A stretch of DNA of 63,208 nt, the filler included, from Reclinomonas americana ATCC 50394 (lineage: Eukaryota), in assembly GCA_048213135.1 (NCBI GenBank). It is 5 parts of 3 records of this genome, joined end to end, with 100 filler letters (N's around TTAATTAATTAA, not from the genome) between each part and the next. Parts side by side here need not be neighbours in the genome. Positions count along the whole stretch, not along the records: positions 54,140 to 62,023 come from PS015128.1; positions 62,124 to 63,208 come from PS015135.1; 3 more parts are not named here. One strand, given 5' to 3'. The notes beneath the pieces are model-generated. The model saw only the letters and a list, made by a program, of their open reading frames with translations, did not search any database and was not told the origin of the DNA. The position numbers were made by a program, and so were the translations under genes. Position 1 is the first letter of the stretch. Every line of letters begins with the position of its first letter. Shown one piece after another: positions 54,595 to 63,208 of the stretch.

Positions 54595-55987
54595 GGTGAG
54601 TAGTTGTTTGTTGTTGCGTGAGAGACGGAGGCGGGATCGGATGAGGACTTGCACAGGACGCATGCTTGACAAGCGACCGGCAACACAGCGTCCGCTTTGC
54701 GCCGGAGCATGAAGTCTGTGTCTAGCAGGGCTGAGAGAGAATGCGCGTTGCAATTGACAGATGATTCTGGGGAACGTCGACTGGCTGCGACGTCGACGTT
54801 GTAAAGAGAAGCGTGGGGAAGAAATGCTAGAACAACAAAGCTTTACTAATCCAAACAGCAACGCAGTTGCATGATGATCACCATCTTGAGTGAGCACCAG
54901 AAACTCAGACATCACGGAAAAACGAGATGTCATGCTAGCGTTTCTGCAGGAGAAACCACGGAGAGAGGTGAGTCAGGAACTGAACAACGTGACTACATCA
55001 TCAACTGCAATTGTTCTCCATGACCAGCACTACATGTCTCTTTGTACAGATCTCTCTCCCTTGTGGAGAGAACATGGATCAAGGGAAGCTGGTGCTGAGA
55101 TGTAATAATGATGAACAACAACTACACGGAGTACTACAGAGTACGTGAGCAGCTGCATCATGGCAGCCGCCTCGACGGACGTCAAGGAATAGCCGCAGCA
55201 GATGCAATGAGAAGGGTCACGATATCGCAATCCAGCAGATAACCACAACCCTGATCGCTTTGAGACTGCGTTCCAACCGCTCCCGCAGAGGTGATGTCGA
55301 GTGCAGGTGCAGGATTATCTGGAGACCCAACACAGCAGCACCTCCTTCTGCTCATCCACGATCCACAAGAACGCGAGTCACCTGCACAATCTCGCGATGA
55401 GTCAGCTAGTGGCCAACATGCACCAACGGTGTGCTGCTATGCCGCTACCATGAACACACGCGAAAATGACATGCATCGTTGTTTCGAATACTGCTGGAGA
55501 TGGTCTACAAGACAGCATTTGTCGTGTTTGTTGTTGTTGAGAGTGAGCACCATCACGAATGCAAATGGATGCCTCCTTGCGGCTGCACACACACAAGCAT
55601 TCATTTGCCTCGTTGGTTGCACTATGGCCTCGGTTGCAATCTTCTTCACCTGTCTTGTTTTTCCTCCTGCGACATTGGCGACAGTCAATTGCATAAAGAG
55701 AAAACGCACATGCAGAGTCCATCCCTCACACATGGCAGGTGCTGAATAGTGTTCCTCTTGGTGCACTGGGATTCTGCTTTCCTCGACAACCATCATCGAC
55801 CTAACAAACAACTTGCTTGTGCCAATTACCCAGTAAAATCTCTTCCCCTCTCCCATCCCTCCCGCTGCCGACTCATTCACACTCCCCCGCCACTCACCGA
55901 CGCAGGCATAACATCGTCCATCCACGGCATTGTCCAGCTCCTCACATACAGCTCTTCCTCCTCCAGAACCATCCTGAATTGCTTGTT

Positions 55988-58900
55988 CTACATGTCCTCG
56001 TCCTCGCCCTCGTCCTCCTCATCCTCCTCCTCCTCCTCCTCCTCCACTTTCTTCACCACCTCCATCTTCACCGGCTTCTCGTCACTCAGCACTGCATCAC
56101 GCATGTCAGTGCTGATGCCGGGACGACATTCAACAACACAAGGTGCTCCCAGATTGTTGCATTTAGAGCACTCACCGGCACGCGCAATATCCGCCTTCGA
56201 AAGGCAGCCGTCTCGAAGCAGGGTGGCCAGCAGGCCAGGACCATCGTGGAACAGATGCATGGCCTGTGTGACGAATGGCAGGAGAACATTAGGAGTGCCA
56301 TTCTTACGCGTCGTCTTTGCTGATTTCTGTCATCCGAGAAACGAGCAAGTGAGTCAATAATATCATCGGAGCAGCTGCACACACAACCAGGGTCCACAAG
56401 CCTCAGAGTAACCGCGCTCGTCAATCACAATCAGTGGTCTTTCGACAGCATCCACCAGCGCAGCTCCTCGAAGATCGCTCTTCTAATGATTCCACATGCA
56501 CACGATGGCAGCTCGGTCAGTTGCCATGCACACCACTAGCAGAAATAACAAACTGGCACTAACCTCGACATAGTTGCTCACGCTCTCGAGCACACCCTCC
56601 ACTGACTTGAGCGTCGTGCAGCGTACCATCTTGGCACTGCTGGCAAGACTCTTGCCAAATGCAGCCATGACTGCGGATGATGGACAGCCCGGTCCCTTCG
56701 ATGGTATTCTGCAGTCATCACAGGCAACTTGGAAGAGAGCGCGCTGATGATGGAGGACTGTAGATTCCATCACCACGGGTGCCATGAGACCGAATGCCTT
56801 CACCAGAATCCTCTTCTTGTTGCAACCCTGCTCTCAGGTGTGACGGATGGGTGGGAGTGAGTGAGGAGTTTATGACAGCAATGTCGGCGATACAGAGAAC
56901 ACGCAACAAGCAATCTCGCCAGCATCAATTGCTCGCTGATGCTCAACTTCGCAGGATCAATCATGCGGCGCTGTGAAACACAGGCCACGCAGCGTTGAGA
57001 CGTACCTCGCATCTCACTGAAGAGAGCGTCGGACGTACCTTTTTTCTCCGACTCCCCTTCGCGTCATCGTCCTCATTCTCGCTGTCGTCATCTTCTTCCT
57101 GCTCACCCTCCCTCTTCTCCTCTTTCTTCACCATCTCCATCTCCCTGACGACTGTTCACTCATGTCTCAGCACAAGTAAGCATCAAAGCCACGAGCACAA
57201 GCAGCCAAACCTCGTTCACTGCACCACACGGCGGTACGTGCAATCTCCGCCTGCGGAAGGCAGCCGTCCCGAAGCAGAGTGGTCAGCAGGTCTGGACAGC
57301 CGTGGAGAGCCTGTATGGCCTGGATAGCGAATGGCGAAAGAACATTGGAAGCGCCTCGCTTCTGCGACTTTGCGGATTCCTACCATCCAAGCCTCAGCAA
57401 TGTGAGCCAGCTTTCCATGACGCGCATCAGCACACACAATTTCACACGCACCTCAGAGTGGCCACGGTCGTCAATCACAATCAGTGGCTTCTCGACGGCA
57501 TCCACCAGCTCAGCTCCCCGAAAACCACTCTTCTGATGGCGACATCCACGTCGAAGTCGAGTCAGGTACCACGCACATAACAATCGGAAGGCTACTGAAA
57601 CAACACACCGACACACTCACCTCTGTGAAGTTGCTCACACTCATGAGCACACCCTCCACTGACTTCAGCGTCTCGCTGCGTGTAGTGTCGGCACTAGTAG
57701 AAAGAGTCTTGACAAATGCAGATATGACTGCGGCTGATGGACACCCTGGTCCCTCCAACGGGATTCCGCATTCGTCACAGGTAAGTTGGAGGAGAACGCG
57801 CTGATGATGGACGACTGTGGATGGCATCACCACGGGCGCCATAAGGCCGAATGCCTTCACCAATACCCTTTTCTTGTTGCAGCCCTGATATCAAGGGGAC
57901 TTCGTGACAGCATTGTCGGTGACATGCAGAGATAACAGTAACACGCAACAAGCAATTTTGCCCGTATCAGTTGTTCGCTGACGCTCAGCTTCTTAGGACC
58001 ACTCTTGCGGAGCTGTGAAGCGCAATCCACACAGAATTAGGACACGAACTCGTCTCGCATCTAACGGAAACGGGCGACGGGCGTACCTTGCCACCGTCCT
58101 CATCCTCCTGCTCTTCCTCCCTCTTCTCCTCTTTCTTCACCATCTCCATCTCCCTCAGTGCTGTCCAATCGTTGTTGAGCACATGCGCACACTATGCAGC
58201 AATGCTAGTCACACAATACCTCGTTCACCGCACCACTCGGTGGCGCGTGTGATCTCTGTCTTCGAAAAACAAGCATTTTGCAGCAGAGTAGTCAGCAGGC
58301 CAGGGCAGTTGTGGAGAGCTTGCATTGCCTGCATGACGAATGGTTGAATAGGTGTCTGCTTGTTGTGCTGCACCCTCGCCAAGCGTGATGATTCCTGACA
58401 ATTGCAACCAAATTCCAGAACACGGAGCATGAGTATATGGCAGCCAATATGTACGACGCACACTGAGTGCAGGGCAGCCACACCTCAGAAATGCCACGTT
58501 CATCCACCACAACCAGGGGTCTCCCAATGGCATTCGCCAGAGCAGCGCCACGCAGTTCACTCTTCTGCATAATGCCACACATACATTAGCGATAATATTG
58601 ATTCAGTCGCGCGAAATGGACGCTGCTCACCTCGATAAAGTCGCTCATGCTCTGGAGCACTCCCTCAACAGACCTGGGCGTCTTGTCGCGTACGTTTTGG
58701 ACGACATGGCCAAGACTCCTGCCGAATGAGCTCACAACTGCCGACGACAGGCAACCTGCTTTCGATGAAGGGATGCCACACTCCTTGCTTGCCAAGTCAA
58801 AAAGAAGGCGCTGATGATGGCAGATTGTGGATCCCATCACAATCGGTGCCATGATGCCGAATGCCATCACCAATATCTTCCTCTTATTGCAGCACTGCTC

Positions 58901-61900
58901 TCGCATGAATCACATGGGCGGTGCGACAAGTACTCAATCACCAAGATGACTACCGAAGATGGACAAGACTGCAAAGACACGCAACAAGCAGCCTCGCCAA
59001 CATCAGCTTCTCGTCCTCGCTCATCGTTGTTGGAGCAGTCCCTTGTCGCTGTGAATGCGCTCCATGAGACGATACCAGTATGCACAACCGCCCCACCATC
59101 CAAGGTCATACCTTGCTCCTGTCACCTTCGCCGGAGTCGTCCGTCGAATTATCCACTTCGTCCTCCTTCATCTCTTCTTTCTTCAGCACCTTGGCCTCCA
59201 GCAGAGCTGCATCTCGCTCGTCAGCACTGACATTTCGCACAATAGAACGAACCTGCTGTAACCAAACCTCTTTCGCTGCACCACTCGACGGCCCGTACGA
59301 TCTCCGCCTCGGAGAGACAGCCGTCTCGAATCAGCGACGCTTGCAAGCCAGGACACTCTCGTAGCGCCTGCAAGGCGTGGGCGATGAGCGGCAGGAGACG
59401 GTCGTGTTTATTCGGCCTCTTCTCCATCGTCTTCCATGACTCCTGCACCACAATAGACATCGTGAAAGACGCGGGTGAGTGGACATAAACCGGAAAATGC
59501 AGAGAGCACACAAAGGAAAGTTTCCACACCTCCGAATGACCCCGTTCATCTACCACAACCAGGGGTCTCTCAATGGCATCCGCCAGAGCAGCGCCGCGCA
59601 GTTCACTCTTCTGCAAGAGTTGCATGTATTAATGCTGGTTCACTTTGCAGTCACGTGTGAGCACATGTCACAGATGCCCACCTTGATGAAATCGCTCATG
59701 CTCAGGAGCACTCTCTCAACTGACTTGGGCGTCTTGGTGCGTGAGTTACTGACGGCATAGCAAAGACTCTTGCCGAATGAGTCCATGACTGCGGATGACG
59801 GACTGCCAGCTCCCGATGAAGGAATACCACACTCGTTGCAGGCGAGTTCAACGAGAACGCGCTGATGACGCAAGACTGCGTTGCCTTTCAGAACTGGTGC
59901 CATGATACCGAACGCCGTCACCGATAGCTTCTTATTGTTGCACCGCTGTTCGCACACACACACGCACGCATCAGGTGTCATTAAATGACAGGCAAGCACA
60001 TGGCAGAGTGCAACTAATCTGCCTTGCTGGGGTATTGCACACGTAACAAGCAGTCTGTCCAGCACGATTCGGTCGTCAATGCTCAAATCCGCATTGAATG
60101 CATAGCGACCGCACTTGACGCGCTGCAAATACGCACACCATGAGACATCAACTATCAACACAACTGCCTCCCAAGCCAAACACAGGCGGCGACAACGTCG
60201 TACCTTACTCGTCTTTGTTTCTTCACCATCATCACTTCCTGCATCCTCCTGTGAACGCAACGCATCAGCGCGTGGCCGAGCCCACGAAGACACACTCAGT
60301 CTCTGTCAATCATGAACTGTTGATGCTCACCTTGGTGTCAACTTCTTCATGCTTGATGGCATCGTCGTCTTTCGTCACCACCATTTTCACATCACCAGAT
60401 TCTGCGTAATGCTGGTCAACACCGATGCAAGCAACAACAACAGCCGCATGAAATCGCAGACCTTTCGCATGGCACCACGTGACGGCGCGTACAATCTCGG
60501 CATCAGAGAGGTGGCTGTCTCGAAGCAGAGTAGTCATGAGACCATCGCACTCGCGCAGCGCATCCATGGCCTGTGTGACAAACGGCAGTCGATGGTCTTT
60601 CTGACTCTTGTTCTGAGGCGCCAATCTCTTCCACGATTCCTATCTCGAACAAGCCGAGAGAATAAATGTCAGGATGATCACAGCTTACACAAAGTATCAT
60701 GCATCACAAACTCACCTCCGAATGCCCGTGCTCATTCACCACAATCAGTGGTCTCTCAACAGCATCCACCAGAGCCGCGCCACTGAGCAGGCTCATCTGT
60801 ATTGTGCAATCATCTGCATGTAGATTTACGTATCACAATCGCCGTAGGCACACGCTTGCTCACCTCGATGTACTTGCTCACGCTCCGCAGCACACCCTCA
60901 ACTGATTTGGGCATTAAGTGGCGTGAATGATGGGCAGTGTCGCCAAGCTTCCTGCCGAATGCACTCTTGACTACAGACGACGAGCAACCCCGCTCCGACG
61001 ATGGAATTCTGCAGTCGTCACAGGCCAGCTCAAAGAGGACACTCTGATGATGGTTGACTGCGGACGGCTGAACAATTGATGCCATCAGGCCAAACGCCTT
61101 CACCAGAATCCTTTTCCGATTGCATCGCTGCGTGAGGCACACCAAGAAAGGCGAGTGCATTGATGGAAAGGAGGAGTGAGCAGGGTTATCATGATGACAG
61201 AGAGCATGCGCACGCAACAAGCAGCTTGTTCAGCAGCAGCTTCTCGTCTGCACTCAACTCCTCTGGCACTTTCGCAGCTCGAGTCTTGCCGAGCTGTGAA
61301 TTCACAACACGCATGATTGACACAAGAGAACCAAATGCAGATCTACGAACAAGCACAACAATGTTAGCGACAGAATTCACACCTTCTTCTTCTTCGTCGG
61401 CGGTGCAAGCTCGTCCTCGCTGGATGCATCCACCTGCAGAGAATGAACAATGCGTCTGGTGTCAACTGCGATGCACAAGCGAGATGCAAGTGAGACGCGC
61501 GCCTCATCGGAGTTCACCTCCAGAGAGCGCTTGCGTGTCGATGTCTCATCTGAGTCACGTGCAGGCAAGTTCTCACTGTGGTCCACCAGAGGCAAGTCGA
61601 CTCGCTGCCTCCTCGCATGTTGCTGTGCAATCATGCCAAGAGAGAGAGAGAGAGAGAGAGAGTTCAGTAAGAGACATGCTCATAATGGGATGACACACAA
61701 TCACTGTACCTCGACGATGCCTTCCATCACTGTGTGTTCCATGTGCTCCTCGCGAGCAGCTGTGTGTAAGAACCAACCAGATGAGACATCACGTAACGCG
61801 AGAACACCAAAGACTGCAGGAGAGAGAGAGAGAGAAGCGTCACTTTGGGCAGCGGCAATCGCGGCCGTGATCTCGTCGGTGTGCTTCTGCTTCTTGTCCT

Positions 61901-61920
61901 TCAACAAGCCAGCTGGTTCT
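55988..61920 (-). CDS. Large protein with five tandem copies of an unrecognised ~200-aa domain separated by acidic/basic linkers (5' end beyond scaffold)
   Basis: Five copies of CNxKRILVKAFGLMAPxV...HHQRxLFxLACxECGIPS...SSAV..AFGxSL...KSVEGVLxSxSxYxE | KSxLRGAAL..AxExPLxVxDERGxSE | PFVxQA..ALxxCPGLLxTLLRDGCLSxAEIxRAxEWC. Core exons end at 60864, 59682, 58631, 57621 and 56564. Confidence 0.8.
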
Positions 61921-62023
61921 GTAACAGGGAATGAAACAACAACAATCTATCAGCAGGAAGAAGAAGAAGGAGAAGAAGAAGAAGAAGAAGAAGAAGAAGA
62001 AGAAAAAGAAGAGGAAGAAGAAC

Positions 62024-62123
62024 NNNNNNNNNNNNNNNNNNNNNNNNNNNNNNNNNNNNNNNNNNNNTTAATTAATTAANNNNNNNNNNNNNNNNNNNNN
62101 NNNNNNNNNNNNNNNNNNNNNNN
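62024..62123. other. Artificial scaffold spacer
   Basis: N44-TTAATTAATTAA-N44. Confidence 0.95.
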
Positions 62124-62183
62124 AAGAAAGCAAAAAGGGATTCATTGGGGGCACGCCTTGATTTGCGGGGGGATCCTCGTGCC

Positions 62184-62607
62184 TCACTGCGACAGCTTCT
62201 TGGTGCGAGCCAGCTGCTCCAGACGCTTGCGCCACGCGCCAGCCACCCACTTGTTGATCTGCTGCACCTCGAGCTGACGGGCGGTGACCACCGACTGCGG
62301 ATCGGCGGCATTGGCCGCGCGCAGGTCGAGGTGATGAGCACCCTGGTCGATCATCACGGCCAGCACCGAGTCGTTGACGGTCTTCAGCACGCCGCCGCCA
62401 GACCACGGGTCGAGGTTGCCGTTGGAGAACACAATGTTGGAGGCGGCCGACAGGTCCGCGCCCCAGAACTCGGTCTCGATCCAGAACGGACGCGGGGTGG
62501 TGCCCGGCCAGCGCTGCTGGCACGACGCAATGTAGGCCGAGAGGTTCCACGGGATCACCGGGAACATGTCGTTCGGGCCGCCCGAGGAGATGGGCATAAC
62601 CATTTCA
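62184..62607 (-). CDS. Serine carboxypeptidase S28 (PRCP/DPP7-like), last exon
   Basis: EMVMPI...DMF...SNIVFSNGNLDPWSGGGV...GAHHLDLR...DPQSVVTARQLE contains the catalytic Asp and His motifs. Confidence 0.95.
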
Positions 62608-63054
62608 CTGAAGGGAGAAGGGTGAGAAAAGGGGGAAGGGTGGGGTATGAGGAGAAGGGTGGGAGATAACGAGAAGGGATAGAGAGAGGGTGAGAGAGAG
62701 AGGGTTGTTGGAAAGCCGTGTGCTTGACCAGGCCGAGTAGGCGAAGAGAGAGAGAGAGAGAGAGAGAGAGGCAGAGACAATGACAAACACAGAGGGATAC
62801 AGGGAGCGAGTTTCACGCACCGCCACAAAAAGAAAACGATGGAAACGCAGATGCAGAGAATGGACGGAGTGGAGAACAACTGCTGAAGTGATGGATAAGG
62901 CAAAGAGAACGCCAGATGCGGTGCAAAATGCATAGGAGAGAACGACAGAAACCAAGCGCAACAGCGACTGTGAAATGAGGAGAGAGGGAGAGAGAAAGAG
63001 AGAAAAGCACATGACGTGGGCAAGTAACAAATGAACACTGAACACAGGTATGCC

Positions 63055-63097
<43 letters not shown>

Positions 63098-63208
63098 CGT
63101 CGTCGTGGTACGGGACGGGAGAGCGCGACTACTCGTGGTGGGTGGGTAGAAGTAAGTGTGTAGTACAACGAACTACCACAACAAACAACACACAACACAA
63201 CGAAGAGT

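Overview
Eukaryotic, intron-dense and very compact genomic DNA, probably from a flagellated protist. The window is an artificial concatenation of five scaffolds (1-12559, 12660-32695, 32796-54039, 54140-62023, 62124-63208) joined by N44-TTAATTAATTAA-N44 spacers, so synteny across these junctions is meaningless. Gene models were spliced by eye and boundaries are approximate. Recognisable genes are TMA16, NudC (split by a misoriented contig), calmodulin-lysine methyltransferase, a SYS1/TMEM244-like protein, two LRR proteins, a P3A H+-ATPase, RPS14, TPI, an Arf-like GTPase, Mpv17/PMP22 and an S28 carboxypeptidase. Five loci stand out: (1) a >2400-aa Gly/Ser/Thr/Ala/Val repeat protein ending in an intron-split phage-tail-fibre-type self-cleaving chaperone (Peptidase S74/ICA) domain; (2) an SLC12 cytoplasmic domain with no transporter domain, carrying an RVxF motif; (3) a protein with five tandem copies of an unrecognised ~200-aa domain with conserved intron positions; (4) an ankyrin protein with a signal peptide and KTEL; (5) a membrane-anchored P-loop GTPase with an Hsp20-like tail. 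Two genome-wide signals recur: a GTTGCGT splice donor and a (T/C)GACGTC upstream motif.
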